From NCBI GenBank assembly GCA_030867685.1, contig JAQOWU010000008.1, forward strand, positions 1,054,001-1,118,000: 64,000 bases of DNA, in the 5' to 3' direction. The DNA is from Wickerhamiella versatilis (lineage: Eukaryota). A program made the translations under genes and the position numbers. Shown piece after piece: positions 1 through 10,782 of the stretch (positions are counted from its first letter, which is position 1; each line of letters opens with the position of its first letter). The notes below the pieces were generated by a model, which ran no database searches, was not told the origin of the DNA, and worked only from the letters and a program-made list of their open reading frames with translations.

Positions 1-891
1 GCGAGGCTTTCGAGGAGTTGGCGGGAGAGACATAGTTACCGCCTGACTTTTATTGTTGGTTTCTTGGCTTATTGTATGCGCACGCGATTTTTTTGGCGTA
101 TCATGCTTCTGTGGGGGTCGTCCACGTCGTTTTCTAGGTGAGGGACTTGGTTTCGGTTCATGCATAACTTCTTGGCCATCGCTATCATCCAAGAAGCTTC
201 CTCTAGCCTCTATATTTTCCGAGTCTGGGAGTTCAGACCCTGACTCGGACTCAGATTCCCACGATCCCCTTGAGTTATCGTCAGACCCACTATCAGACGA
301 TCCCGGAGAATCCGGGGAACGTGGAGAAAAGAGTCTTACTGGAGTCACTGTTTTACGATCCTGTGGCTCCGAGGTTCCCTTCTTTCTAGGGGTTGACAAT
401 TTACGTTTGAGAGGACTATCCTGTTCGCTGCGGAATAACGAGACTACTTGAAATGAAGTCGCTTCAGCCGTTTCGAGCATTCTCACAGGGCCCTTGATTT
501 TTTTCTGGTGGTTGATTGCCCGATAAACAAAGAATTTCTCTGCATCAGGCCCTTCTTTCTGCGAAGGTTCGGAATTTACAAGAGTCAGTTTACGCTCTGT
601 CAAGGCCGAAGCCGGAATATATTCAAGTAAATGTGTAGCAAGTAGTTCGTTGTCTGCACCATCCACCCCTACTGATTCTGGAGTATATAAAACCAGTAAG
701 CGAACTTGCAGCGTTATTCCATCTGGTGAAGTAATTTCTCTGAATCGTTCGATAACACCATATCCCTTCTCATCCCCTTTCTCCATGTATTCCACACAAT
801 CTCCTGGATTGAATACTGTCTGGTCAGGAGAGATAATCCGTTCGATCCAAGAGCGACGACCTCGGCCTTTCAACTCTGGAGTCCAGGACAT
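1..891 (-). CDS. 5' part of a gene running off the left edge; probable ORC1 (BAH-like N-terminus, CDK-site-rich linker, AT-hook)
   Basis: Not in the ORF track. ATG at 891, frame open for 297 codons to base 1 (MSWTPELKGRGRRSWIERIISPDQTVFNPGDCVEY...NELLATHLLEYIPASAL...). Followed by many SP/TP-x-K/R sites (TPRK, TPVR, SPRK, TPKK) and RKRRGRPP. The AAA+ domain is not in the window. Confidence 0.55.
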   Translation of the reverse strand, partial: MSWTPELKGRGRRSWIERIISPDQTVFNPGDCVEYMEKGDEKGYGVIERFREITSPDGITLQVRLLVLYTPESVGVDGADNELLATHLLEYIPASALTERKLTLVNSEPSQKEGPDAEKFFVYRAINHQKKIKGPVRMLETAEATSFQVVSLFRSEQDSPLKRKLSTPRKKGTSEPQDRKTVTPVRLFSPRSPDSPGSSDSGSDDNSRGSWESESESGSELPDSENIEARGSFLDDSDGQEVMHEPKPSPSPRKRRGRPPQKHDTPKKSRAHTISQETNNKSQAVTMSLPPTPRKPR

Positions 892-1005
892 CTTGCTGAC
901 ACAAGATGTCAAGGCGTGAGTATACAGATACTGTTTGATTACACCTAAGTTGAGAGGTAATTTATCGTTAATTTATTCTTTAGTGTTTCTTTCTATGCCT
1001 GAAAG

Positions 1006-1482
1006 TCAATCGACCCAATGTTTAGGATCTGCAAAAGAATACTCAGAAAAGTCCCAGTCTTTTTCATCTTTTAGTACTTCTTCTTCCAATTCTGCCCGCC
1101 ATACATAACATGAAGTGCGTATAATTTCACCGTTTGCTGCTATTACTTCGATTTCCCGGTACTCATATTCGTCACCTTCATAGTCATGCAACTTCACCAG
1201 GTCATCTTCACTTAAACCCGTTACTAGCATTCCGTTTACAGACGATGAATCACCACTAGTGTCAGGAAGCACACCTGGGTAACGACGATTCTTCAGCCTA
1301 TATCTACGATAACCATGGAGCTGGGCAGATGTGAAGTTAAACGAAGTCCCAGGCAGAATATAAGACAGAACATCTGGACTCATCAAAGTACCGTATACGA
1401 AACATGTACGTGCTTTAGCTTTAGTGTGCGATTTTGAACATGCTGCTGGCGCTCCTTGGTTACTATCACCTCCAAGTGCCAT
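1006..1482 (-). CDS. AIG2-like / gamma-glutamylcyclotransferase family protein
   Basis: FVYGTLM motif, L.GY.RY...RYPG, L..LHDYEGDEYE. First ATG at 1482 (the track start 1509 is GTG). Confidence 0.85.
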   Translation of the reverse strand: MALGGDSNQGAPAACSKSHTKAKARTCFVYGTLMSPDVLSYILPGTSFNFTSAQLHGYRRYRLKNRRYPGVLPDTSGDSSSVNGMLVTGLSEDDLVKLHDYEGDEYEYREIEVIAANGEIIRTSCYVWRAELEEEVLKDEKDWDFSEYSFADPKHWVD

Positions 1483-1609
1483 TAACTCAGCACAATGTAG
1501 ATGTCCCACCTGATCCCACGAGCTAGTGCGTAACTATACAGCTCCGCATCTTGGATTTAATCCAAAGAGATGAGAAGTGAGCAAAATGTAAATAGAAAGA
1601 CTTCGATAT

Positions 1610-3412
1610 CTAAAACCTAAATTCATTACGAAACTCGTCAAGACGCATATCCGGGCGTACTTTAGCGAGTAAATCATGCCTATCCATTGCTAAAAATACT
1701 CTTCGCAGTGTTTCCATGAGATTGGTAGATTGCTGCACATGATCATCATCAGTAGTTTGATGCAACGACATGGCACTCAGCAAATGCTCGGCTGCTTCAT
1801 GGTAGCATCCTATGTTCACACACGAGACACCAAGATTGCATCGTGCACGGACGAAAGACGGACGTAGTTCTAGTGCCTTATAGTAGGCTTCGATTGCCTC
1901 CTCGGGGCGAGCTGCATTCGCTAAGGTAGCACCAAGTCGATTCCACAGTAATGCATCATCGGGGCGTACTGAAAGTGCTGCACGAAAGCAGTCTACTGCC
2001 TTTGTATATTCCTCGTTGCGATAGAGAAGAACACCAAGTCCAACCTGCACATCAGCGTCCATATTGGCGCCATCAGGGCTTAATAGAGCCGCTTTCAGGA
2101 ATAAATCAGTGACTCTCTTATGCAGAGATTCTACGTGGTTGAAATCATTTGTCAATGCCGGATTTTCAGAAGCAGCTCTATTCACTAGGTCTGGATATTT
2201 TGTGGCCAACCATCGCTCCAAGGTTGCCGAGGCGGCACTCTCGTATCCTTCGTTGGTATATGAAACAGCCAGGTTCATAAGACCCTTCTCGTTGTGGGGG
2301 TCCAATTTCACACATTGTTCCAATGCTGCGATAGCAACATCCTCCACCTCATTCTGAGCCTGGGCGTCACCAAGACGGCTCCACGCTTCAACATGTTGTG
2401 GGTTATGCTGCAGAGCCGCCTCAAAGCATAAAGCTGCAACACTCAGCTTTGCACCATTGTCCATGAGCGCACATCCTATAGAGAATGGGTCTTCCTCAGT
2501 GACATAAGGATTGTCTTGCTGAAATTGATAATCCGCATAGGATGTCCGTGAGGTAGCAAATCGGTTAAAGTCACGCTCCCATACATTTGCACTGGCATCG
2601 GAGTTATCTACACGGAATTGCGGATCACCCATATCTTCTTGATCGTGGTTTTGAATCTGCGACCAAACGCTGTCCCAGTCTGGTGGATACATGCTTTCAT
2701 TGAACCATCTTTCGTCGTACGCATCCTCAACGCCAACTGCCTTGTCCTGATCAACACTCTCTTTTTGAGCTTCAGAGACCGTGCTATCAGCAGCAGCTTC
2801 CCTGACCTCATTCAGAGATGCCTCGGCTTTGTTAAACATTTCTTGCCATTTTTCGTTGCTTACATCCAAGTTCTCATGCTTTTGATGATTATTTTGAGCC
2901 ATATGTGCTATACCTTGCGCATAATTTGTTGTTGGCGTGAAATGCATGCGAGGGCCATACGACATAGGTTGCTCATAGCCAACATAATTTCCAGGTTGGT
3001 AACCAGAATGAGCCGTTATAGATGCATCCGGATGAGTTCCTGGTCCTTTAAACTCGGCTGCCCAGTTATTTTGGGGTCTTGGACTTGCTCGAGAAGTTTC
3101 AGGTCCGTGCGGGGTAGGTCTCGCAGTTTTGCTGAACTCGTGCGCCCAGTCGTTACTTGGTCGCGGAATCTCACGTCTCATTCCATCGAATTGAAATGTA
3201 TCGGGGCGCTGCATCTGCTGCAGGCGTGCATTGTCCAATTGACTGATCTGTCGGGGATCCCCTCTCATTGCCGACCTGTGTGACCCAACCCCATTTCCAG
3301 CTATTCTATCCTGTTGTAGCGACCTATCCACACCTTGCTGCTTGGCCACCTGTGCCAAGGGATTATTTCCGACTGAGCATGAAGCTCCTCCGCCGCCACC
3401 CACAAATGACAT
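1610..3412 (-). CDS. PEX5: Peroxisomal targeting signal 1 receptor
   Basis: N-terminal Cys (ASCSVGNNPL), WxxxF motifs (WAHEF, WAAEF, WQEMF, WERDF), C-terminal TPRs with LWNRLGATLAN. Confidence 0.97.
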   Translation of the reverse strand: MSFVGGGGGASCSVGNNPLAQVAKQQGVDRSLQQDRIAGNGVGSHRSAMRGDPRQISQLDNARLQQMQRPDTFQFDGMRREIPRPSNDWAHEFSKTARPTPHGPETSRASPRPQNNWAAEFKGPGTHPDASITAHSGYQPGNYVGYEQPMSYGPRMHFTPTTNYAQGIAHMAQNNHQKHENLDVSNEKWQEMFNKAEASLNEVREAAADSTVSEAQKESVDQDKAVGVEDAYDERWFNESMYPPDWDSVWSQIQNHDQEDMGDPQFRVDNSDASANVWERDFNRFATSRTSYADYQFQQDNPYVTEEDPFSIGCALMDNGAKLSVAALCFEAALQHNPQHVEAWSRLGDAQAQNEVEDVAIAALEQCVKLDPHNEKGLMNLAVSYTNEGYESAASATLERWLATKYPDLVNRAASENPALTNDFNHVESLHKRVTDLFLKAALLSPDGANMDADVQVGLGVLLYRNEEYTKAVDCFRAALSVRPDDALLWNRLGATLANAARPEEAIEAYYKALELRPSFVRARCNLGVSCVNIGCYHEAAEHLLSAMSLHQTTDDDHVQQSTNLMETLRRVFLAMDRHDLLAKVRPDMRLDEFRNEFRF

Positions 3413-3481
3413 GTCTGCTGCTGCTAAAACTGTATTTGTAAGCCTTAAGAGTTATGAACGAATAGATTAATATGCTCTCGA

Positions 3482-4942
3482 TTATGCTATCCATTTCAAC
3501 CATGCCTCGAGTTCTGCCATATCAGAAAACTCCGCTTTAGACTCATTCATTTTCCATAAATATGTAGGCCCTTCGTCTAGTGGCGAAAGAACCGTGAGCT
3601 CTGCTTTGAATTTCTCGCATGTGATAATATGAACACTGGACGGTGAAGACAAAATTACAGAAAGCGGATTATTATTAGTCGACTTCTCCGTTGAAACTTG
3701 CTCTTCACGCCATTCCATCTCGGGAATTAGTATTTGACAAAGTCTGTAGGCACGTTGCACCGAAATACTATGCATTACATGGGCCATCACGGGGGTTAGA
3801 ACATGGCCTTCCACAACATCTTTTCGCACACGGGAATCTAATGGCTTCTGTGGTCCATGCCATTTTTCATAATTCTTGTGGAACTCATTCACGAGCAGAA
3901 GATGAAAACAGTGGCATATAGCGGCAGAGGAGGTCAGCGTTTCCGGCTTTTCAGGAGCTTCTTCAAATAGCACATAATCTATAGTTATAGTTCCATCGTG
4001 GAGCTCACAAATAATCTGGTCATCCCGAATGCTCACCCTCATGTGGACTATTTTCCGAGCTTCTTGGACAAGTTGGTACATTAATTCTTGTTCGAAAAGC
4101 CAGAAACGAGCCTGTGCTATTTCACTTTGGCCCGGAATTGGATGCAATACCGAACTCTCTGATGTTGCTTCGGGATTTTGTCCTTGGCCCCGGCTTATCG
4201 TAACCCTGACGAGCCTTTCTATCGGCGCTGCATCTGGCCGGAACTCGAGATGGCCTTCGGTCCCACGTATCATCATACCTTTGCCTTTATCACTATAGGT
4301 AGATCCAGAGTCACCATAGCCGTATTTTATACCTAGCGACCCAGCCATACTTCTCCTGTAACGCGCAGATTGGCGCGTTAGCACTTCACCAGCCTCTATG
4401 TGATCCAATGCTTCGTTCCAAAACTTTTCTTCGAATTTTACCTCTTCTTCAAGTCTCGAACGTGCCTTCGATAGAATATTTGAGGTATCATCGAAGGCCA
4501 GGATTTTCCAACCCGGTGCACTACGTAGGTCGAGGCCCCTGACTTGGGCACTCTCTCCAAGAGTGTCTGCACTCAATGTACCCATCGGAATTTGAGACTT
4601 TAATGCTGAGGACATAGTCGATGCCCCTTGTTGAGGCCGGACTGAGGAGACAAGAAGAGAAACGAAATCTAGCCCCAGAGCTGCTTCATTGAACGCTCTG
4701 CTCACTTTCTGGGCTAAGTCTATTCTCAGCTTTTCAAATGAAGTTTCCTCGGACTCTGAAGCGTCATCATTAGATTCTGAAACTTCTGATCCCGACGCCT
4801 CACGCTCCGCAGCTTCCTCGAGGCTTTCCTCATTTAGATTCGCAAAGGACCCCCATTCCTGTGTAATCCTTCGGATCTGCTCACCTAGAAGTGGCTCCTC
4901 AGTAGGTTCAGACGACTCAACCGGTTCAAGCGAGATATCCAT
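3482..4942 (-). CDS. SRB4: Mediator subunit 17 (Srb4)
   Basis: RI..EWGSFANLNEESL, ALGLDFVSLLVS, LGIKYGYGDSGS, AR..LFEQEL...L..EAR motifs of fungal Med17. Confidence 0.85.
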   Translation of the reverse strand: MDISLEPVESSEPTEEPLLGEQIRRITQEWGSFANLNEESLEEAAEREASGSEVSESNDDASESEETSFEKLRIDLAQKVSRAFNEAALGLDFVSLLVSSVRPQQGASTMSSALKSQIPMGTLSADTLGESAQVRGLDLRSAPGWKILAFDDTSNILSKARSRLEEEVKFEEKFWNEALDHIEAGEVLTRQSARYRRSMAGSLGIKYGYGDSGSTYSDKGKGMMIRGTEGHLEFRPDAAPIERLVRVTISRGQGQNPEATSESSVLHPIPGQSEIAQARFWLFEQELMYQLVQEARKIVHMRVSIRDDQIICELHDGTITIDYVLFEEAPEKPETLTSSAAICHCFHLLLVNEFHKNYEKWHGPQKPLDSRVRKDVVEGHVLTPVMAHVMHSISVQRAYRLCQILIPEMEWREEQVSTEKSTNNNPLSVILSSPSSVHIITCEKFKAELTVLSPLDEGPTYLWKMNESKAEFSDMAELEAWLKWIA

Positions 4943-5104
4943 ACCACAGTCGGACCTCGGGGACCTCTTACCTCTGTTAAGGTAAGCAGTGTGTCAACTC
5001 CATCGCATCTGTTCATCGAATGTGTTAAGTTTATCACACCGAATAAATTTTTTTTATAAATATATAAAAATGCATGAGATTTATTGCTATAAGTAAAATT
5101 TAAA

Positions 5105-6775
5105 CTAGGAAATAGTTGGCCCGGCAGCAATTACTTCTGGTGTAGCTTCACTCTCGAAGCGCTTGAAGTTCTCAACGAATAGAGCACCAAGTTTGTTGAC
5201 CTCTGCACGGAAATCACTAGCTCCACCCTCCCAGGACTTCTCAGGGTTCAAAAGCTTGTCGGGAACACCCTCGATTTGGCTAGGAACCTTCAAGTTGAAG
5301 ACACCATACGTCTCATATTTTGCGTTCTGAAGCTCACCAGCGTGTATACTATCAAGAATTGTCCGTGTGTACTTCAATGGGCAACGCTTTCCACCCTTTG
5401 TTGCCGAAGCTCCAGTCCAGCCAGTGTTCAGAAGCCAGGCGTTAGCTTTGTGTTCATGAATCTTATCTGCCAACATCTGGGCATACTTCATAGGATGCAA
5501 GGCTAAGAATGGCTGGCCAAAGCACGCAGAGAATGTGGCCTCAGGCTCCGTCACACCTTCCTCTGTGCCTGCCATCTTCGAAGTATAGCCCGAAATGAAG
5601 TGGTACATGACTTGCTCACTAGTGAGCTTTGAAATTGGGGGGATCACTCCGCGAGCATCACATGTCAGCAAAATAATATTCTTGGGGTGGCTGTCACTCA
5701 AGCATGGGATCTTTGCATTGGGAATATAGTCAATGGGGTATGAGCAACGAGTATTCTCGGTGAGTTGCGTATCGTCGTAGTCAACCACGCGCGTAGTAGG
5801 GCTAAACACCACATTTTCGAGAACTGAACCGAACTTAATAGCATTGTAAATCTCAGGCTCCTTCTCAGCTGAAAGGCCCACGCATTTTGCGTAGCAACCA
5901 CCTTCAATGTTGAACACGCCGTGGCTAGACCAGCAGTGCTCATCATCACCGATCAGGGCCCGGTGGGGATCAGCACTAAGTGTTGTCTTACCTGTTCCAG
6001 AGAGACCGAAGAACAGAGATACGTCCCCGTCTTTACCTTCATTTGCTGATGAGTGCAAGGTCAAAACATTGTATTTAACCGGCATCAGGTAGAACATAAC
6101 CGTGAAAATTCCTTTCTTCATTTCACCTGCATATTCTGTACCGAGAATAACCATTTCCATGGTCTTGAAGTTTACATCTACCGAAGTAGCACTGGTCATA
6201 CCAGATGTGTACCTGTTGGCCGGGAACTGACCTGCATTATAAATGGTAAAATCAGGTTTGCCGAAATCCTTGAGCTCCTGGTCTGTAGGGCGAATAAGCA
6301 TATTACGCATGAAAAGAGCATGGTAAGCACGGGCGCAAACCACCCGGATTTTGATACGATAACGAGGATCCCATCCAGCGTAAGCATCTACCACGTAAAG
6401 ACGGTCTCTAGTGTTCAGGTAGTCAATTGCTCGTTCCCTGTTAATATTCCACGAATTCTCTGACAACTTTTTGTTAACAGGGCCCCACCAAACTTTGTCG
6501 TTAGACCCCTCCTCATCAACAATTCGCTTATCCTTAGGGGACCGTCCGGTCTTTGTTCCGCTGGAGGCAATGAGAGCGCCATTTGAGCTAATGGCAGACC
6601 CACGCTCATGCACAAGTGCATCCTCATAAAGAGTTGCTACACTTGGATTGTGCTCTATGCTCACAAGAGACGGATCAATTCGGGCTGCCTCCCATAGAGC
6701 CTCTTGAATACCTTCTGGCTCATGAGGCTCAGTTCCTGTTGGATTCTGTCTGGTAATATTCACCGCTGGAACCAT
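5105..6775 (-). CDS. PCK1: Phosphoenolpyruvate carboxykinase (ATP)
   Basis: [19 protein letters not shown]-loop, [18 protein letters not shown]. Likely start is ATG 6775, downstream of a TATA-like TATAAAA near 6820. Confidence 0.98.
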   Translation of the reverse strand: MVPAVNITRQNPTGTEPHEPEGIQEALWEAARIDPSLVSIEHNPSVATLYEDALVHERGSAISSNGALIASSGTKTGRSPKDKRIVDEEGSNDKVWWGPVNKKLSENSWNINRERAIDYLNTRDRLYVVDAYAGWDPRYRIKIRVVCARAYHALFMRNMLIRPTDQELKDFGKPDFTIYNAGQFPANRYTSGMTSATSVDVNFKTMEMVILGTEYAGEMKKGIFTVMFYLMPVKYNVLTLHSSANEGKDGDVSLFFGLSGTGKTTLSADPHRALIGDDEHCWSSHGVFNIEGGCYAKCVGLSAEKEPEIYNAIKFGSVLENVVFSPTTRVVDYDDTQLTENTRCSYPIDYIPNAKIPCLSDSHPKNIILLTCDARGVIPPISKLTSEQVMYHFISGYTSKMAGTEEGVTEPEATFSACFGQPFLALHPMKYAQMLADKIHEHKANAWLLNTGWTGASATKGGKRCPLKYTRTILDSIHAGELQNAKYETYGVFNLKVPSQIEGVPDKLLNPEKSWEGGASDFRAEVNKLGALFVENFKRFESEATPEVIAAGPTIS

Positions 6776-6992
6776 TTTCAATTTCTGTTGGAAACCAATT
6801 ATGCTCACTTGCCCCTTTTTATATGGCCTGTCACCCGACGTTCGGCGTCTGCTAGGGTTATTTATGCAACAACCCGAAGACATCCATAAAGTCCGTCAAA
6901 AATGTTTAGGTTCGGCCTTCTTAAGAACCTATAATATACACAGAGGTTTTATTCAGTTATCCATGCTTTCTTTACCGCAGAGTATACACTGT

Positions 6993-7213
6993 CCCCGCGT
7001 AGTATCAAGCGCCAAACAGGTTGTTTCCGTTATATTCCGAGACGACCGGGGTATTCCGATGTATATTACGTCATTTCACTAACCCTTTAGTGCGGGGTGC
7101 AGGGCCTGATTAGACCATAAACAACACCCCCTTTTGCACGAGTCCTAGACACCTCAATGGGTTTATGGATGGTATATGTATTCCCATAAGTCTAATCTAC
7201 GCGTTTTGCGGGG
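6993..7213. promoter_or_regulatory. Three Mig1/CreA-type GC boxes (SYGGRG) in the PCK1 promoter
   Basis: CCCCGC 6993-6998, GCGGGG 7092-7097, GCGGGG 7208-7213 in AT-rich upstream DNA of a glucose-repressed gene. Confidence 0.5.
7027..7058. promoter_or_regulatory. Two tandem CCG-N7-CCG zinc-cluster sites upstream of PCK1
   Basis: CCGTTATATTCCG at 7027-7039 and CCGGGGTATTCCG at 7046-7058; spacing matches the AcuK/AcuM (AOD2/AOD5) element. Confidence 0.7.
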
Positions 7214-7370
7214 GTTAAATTCATTCTTATCTGCACATTCGATATGTCGGCCGAACATCGGGTTGAGTTGAAGGCTAGGGTCATCTTCTAATTAGTGTAT
7301 CAGATGTTAAGAGAGAGCGTAAAAAGTTAGGATAAGACAAAGTTAGTTAAAATACAGTTTTACCAATAAG

Positions 7371-8834
7371 CTAGATAGAAATTTTGCTCTGGACGCTGGA
7401 AGTCCACTGCTGGACAGTAGAGTCATCAACGTTGGATGGGAAAGAATCAAGCTTGACGATTGAAATGTTCTCACCGTCGAAAATGACAGCACCAGTCATA
7501 GTACCAGATGTTGGACGAGCGAAGTAGTCGCTTGGACCACCTCCGTTGTTGCCCTGGCTGTCATGGAGAGTGGCCTTCATCTTATCACTGCCCGAGGTCA
7601 AAACCTCAAACAAATCAAGCTCACCACAACCAGTTTTCCAGCATGAGCATTCATCATTGCCATACTGAAGAGTACGTGGTATCTGAGCATTCAAGAGCCA
7701 GATAGCAGGCATGTCGTAGTCCATAGTGTATTTCGACACTTGGGATTCAGTCGGCATGGAAAACTCGAACAAAAATATCTTCTGGTCACCACCGAATCCG
7801 TGATGCGCAACAGTGCCAGGACGATAGTATCCGCAATCGCCGTTGTTCTCGCCGCACTCGGAATCGCTGAAAATAATGAACTCCTTGTTGCTTGGGACAG
7901 TGGTCTTCTTGAGAACCTGGGGGGAGGAGGCAGCACTAGTTCCATCACTTCCAGCATAAGAAAGCGAGTTGCCCCACAAGAAAGAGAATGTACCGGAGCC
8001 ACTACCACCAAGGTTATTCATGAATGCTAGTCCAGAGGCCGAGGAGGAGTCGGCATTATAAGAGGCAGTCTTACTCCAAGAACCAGATCCGCCGCTTGAG
8101 CTACTGCTAGTGGCAGGGGCAGCACTTGAGGACGTGGAGCTGCTTGACGAGCTCTCAACAACTGCCTGAGAACTGGAAGAGGGCCCAAACTCCTGGCTGG
8201 TGGTGATGACTGGAGCCTCGCTGGTTGCAGGGGCCGCCGCCTCGCTGGACGAAGATGGAGCAGCCGACTCCGAACCTGGGGTCCAGACGTAAGTATTCTG
8301 CCAAGGTTGAGTACTATCGGGAGAGGCCGCGGCGGGCGTGGTGGCCGCACCATCGTACTCAGGGGAAGTCGTGGTAACAGGTGCAGGCGCAGCTGCAGGT
8401 GCTGATGTAGCGGCAGAATCGTCATTACCCGCGCCGCCAACTGTCACAACTTGGGTTGCCGTCTCGGCCTTGTAAACCACGGCTGGGTCACGCTTCTCAA
8501 CATGGCGATGGTGCAACTGTGGAGCTACTGCCTCACGCTTCTGGTTAGAGCCGCCAGACTTCGTGTAGACTGCAAAATTCTCCAGCTGAATGGGTCCACG
8601 GAAGTGAACACTGAGCTCTTCATCCAGTGGGGACAGCGAGCCCGAAAAGCTCTGCTTGGCCGACGAGCATGTCTTGTCGTCGTTGAACGAGGTTACGCGG
8701 TTATAAGAACCTGAGAAGCCGACATTATTGAACTGTATTTTGCTGGTCTCATCGCAGTAGTAATTGCCCGACTCCTGTTGGCAGCCCGCGAGCACTGCGG
8801 CAGGTAATACAAAGAATGATGTGGAGAGTCGCAT
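7371..8834 (-). CDS. TOS1: Tos1/YJL171C-family secreted cell-wall protein (putative circularly permuted glucanase)
   Basis: Signal peptide, GNYYC, FSGSLSPLDEELSVHFRGP, Ser/Ala/Thr linker, KIFLFEFSMP, DMPAIWLLNAQIPRTLQYG..CSCWKTGCGELDLFEVL; Kex2-like KR sites. Confidence 0.9.
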   Translation of the reverse strand: MRLSTSFFVLPAAVLAGCQQESGNYYCDETSKIQFNNVGFSGSYNRVTSFNDDKTCSSAKQSFSGSLSPLDEELSVHFRGPIQLENFAVYTKSGGSNQKREAVAPQLHHRHVEKRDPAVVYKAETATQVVTVGGAGNDDSAATSAPAAAPAPVTTTSPEYDGAATTPAAASPDSTQPWQNTYVWTPGSESAAPSSSSEAAAPATSEAPVITTSQEFGPSSSSQAVVESSSSSSTSSSAAPATSSSSSGGSGSWSKTASYNADSSSASGLAFMNNLGGSGSGTFSFLWGNSLSYAGSDGTSAASSPQVLKKTTVPSNKEFIIFSDSECGENNGDCGYYRPGTVAHHGFGGDQKIFLFEFSMPTESQVSKYTMDYDMPAIWLLNAQIPRTLQYGNDECSCWKTGCGELDLFEVLTSGSDKMKATLHDSQGNNGGGPSDYFARPTSGTMTGAVIFDGENISIVKLDSFPSNVDDSTVQQWTSSVQSKISI

Positions 8835-9587
8835 CACAATAAATGAAGGAGTGTAATGTGATCAAAGAAAGTAGAAAGGGAGGGAACTGTCAAGGACGAG
8901 AGGGTCGGATCTCCTGGGAAAAGAAAATTAGTGTTGTGGCACTTGGTCAGATGGGACTAGGAGATCTTTACCCTAATACCGTCATCATGCATATCAATGT
9001 GGACGTGGCTGGACTTACAAGTGCGCTTTCAGAATTGTTATCTCATGTGGTTTGATTTTCATGATACTATGGTATATTAGACTATAATCCCCTAGAGTAT
9101 AGATAAAATAGGCACGAATACACGGCACGTTTCCGGTTCGTATTCGTCAGCATTCCTCCTTTGTTGACAATCCCCTCCCCGAGAATCTACTTAAAATTCA
9201 GCAACTAAGCGAATATAGTCCTAATAAGGTAGTGGTTTAGCAAAAATATCGTCCTTAAACGCGTTACCGCAAATTATAATACACTAATTCCTGTCGCAAT
9301 CATTGACACCCACAGTATATCCAGTGGGCTGGTATGTCAATTAGTCATGTAACTGCCAAAAATGGAATCGCCATGAGAACGAATTTTCGGATATTCCCAC
9401 TATGTTCAGCCACTAAAATTAGCTTTTTCACAGGGGGAATCAGCCCCTATTTTAATTTAGGGTAATTTCGATGGGGGTATAAAAGTCTATAATTATAACA
9501 GCGTTTCTTATGCTTTTTGAATTTTTATACGCACCTACATCAGTTGGCAGGCCGTCCCGCCGCCCATGACACCAAAATATACCAAAA

Positions 9588-9621
9588 TGACGTCAGCATA
9601 CGTTCAGTTCACATCACGTGA
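9588..9621. promoter_or_regulatory. CRE (TGACGTCA) and E-box (TCACGTGA) upstream of YSY6
   Basis: Perfect palindromes at 9588-9595 and 9614-9621, 50-80 bp upstream of ATG 9668. Confidence 0.4.
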
Positions 9622-9667
9622 TAACCTAAGCTGACTCTAAGTGGATTAATCGCGTAGTTTATCAACC

Positions 9668-9874
9668 ATGGTTAACGCGGTATTGACGCGACGCAAAGCC
9701 AACGAAAAATACGCGCGCAGCGAGGAAAAGAAGAAGGGTAAGCGCCACGTACCACAGAAGGAGGCCACGCACTCTCGTCCTTTTGGTGACGTGTCCAAAA
9801 CAACGCTTGCGATTCTTGCCTTCGTTATCTTTGGTGGAGGGCTCTTGCAATTGCTCTACATCTTCTTTGCTTGA
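9668..9874 (+). CDS. YSY6: RAMP4/SERP1/Ysy6 small tail-anchored ER protein
   Basis: 68 aa; R.ANEKY...KKGK basic N-terminus and C-terminal TM with FVIFGGGLLQLL. Confidence 0.8.
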   Translation: MVNAVLTRRKANEKYARSEEKKKGKRHVPQKEATHSRPFGDVSKTTLAILAFVIFGGGLLQLLYIFFA

Positions 9875-10782
9875 GCTAAGCCACAAAAATAAGTACTGCA
9901 ATGGTACTTTTGCTGTTCGAGCTGCTGGAAGTCGGCTACGGCAATCTTTCCAATATACGGGGAGTAACTAGTGTAGGATAGGCATGACTTTACCGTGCCC
10001 ACTGGACTGTTTCTCTTCTATGATGTGATGATTTTCTCAAGTATGGAATTTTTTTTGTGCATCATCTGTTTACTCCTAGATGCTCTCTCTGGAGTCTCAT
10101 TGTTCGAGAGGCCTAGGCCAATCAACCTCGCATTCGTGAAAGGCTTGAGAAGACGGCATTTTCATAGGATCATAAGGTGCTATGTCCAAGAATTTATGTG
10201 CTTGCATAAATTTAAGCGCAGTCCTCCTCGTTGTTGCAACCTTGGCTAGAAAATAAGCCTTACTGGAATCGCTGAATACCAGGTGGTTAAAGTAAGACTC
10301 TCGAAAACTGCGCCTCGAATTGTGATTTAAGGACTCTTATTTCTTACAATCTTAGCTGCTGTAGTTACAAGGCACCCTCCTTGTACTTTATGGCGCTTGG
10401 GCGGCGAGTATGAACAAAGACTGTGGTTGATGACTGGACCTCGATTATTAGGATTGAGAATGTTGAGGGAATTACTATTCCAAGTCCTAGCATGCACGCA
10501 TGTTCAGATCATGTCAGGTCAGGCCATCAGGTTTTTTCTCCTGGTAAATATTTAGATTTGCCATGCTGTGACCACCGACCCGGTCATATGAGAATTGTTA
10601 ACTGTTCTACTCTCAAATGGGTAGTTAAGCCCCTCATTAGTATTGACCCGTTATCATTTTTCTTTAATTTACACATTTAGAAAAAGAAAGAAAATTTCAA
10701 TTTAGTAAAGATTAGTATTGCCTTTCCTTTCATCCACTAGTTATAGTGAGTTTCATTGACTGTTGCTGACTAACGTTAATCC

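Noticed and set aside
53..919. + strand ORFs 53-451 and 650-919
   Set aside because: Antisense shadows of the minus-strand gene starting at 891; both use TTG starts.
6776..6883. 36-codon in-frame N-terminal extension of PCK1 from ATG 6883
   Set aside because: It contains the likely TATA box (~6820), so the upstream ATG is probably not transcribed; the peptide shows no targeting-signal character.
10150..10440. Firm call of U3 snoRNA
   Set aside because: The 13-nt match lacks the following UUCUAUAG part of box A, spacing to the C'-like box is too long, and no clear B, C or D boxes follow; kept only as a hint.
10765..10782. GACTAAC branch-point-like motif before the NDUFA9 ATG
   Set aside because: No AG acceptor before the ATG, and the N-terminus already looks like a complete presequence.
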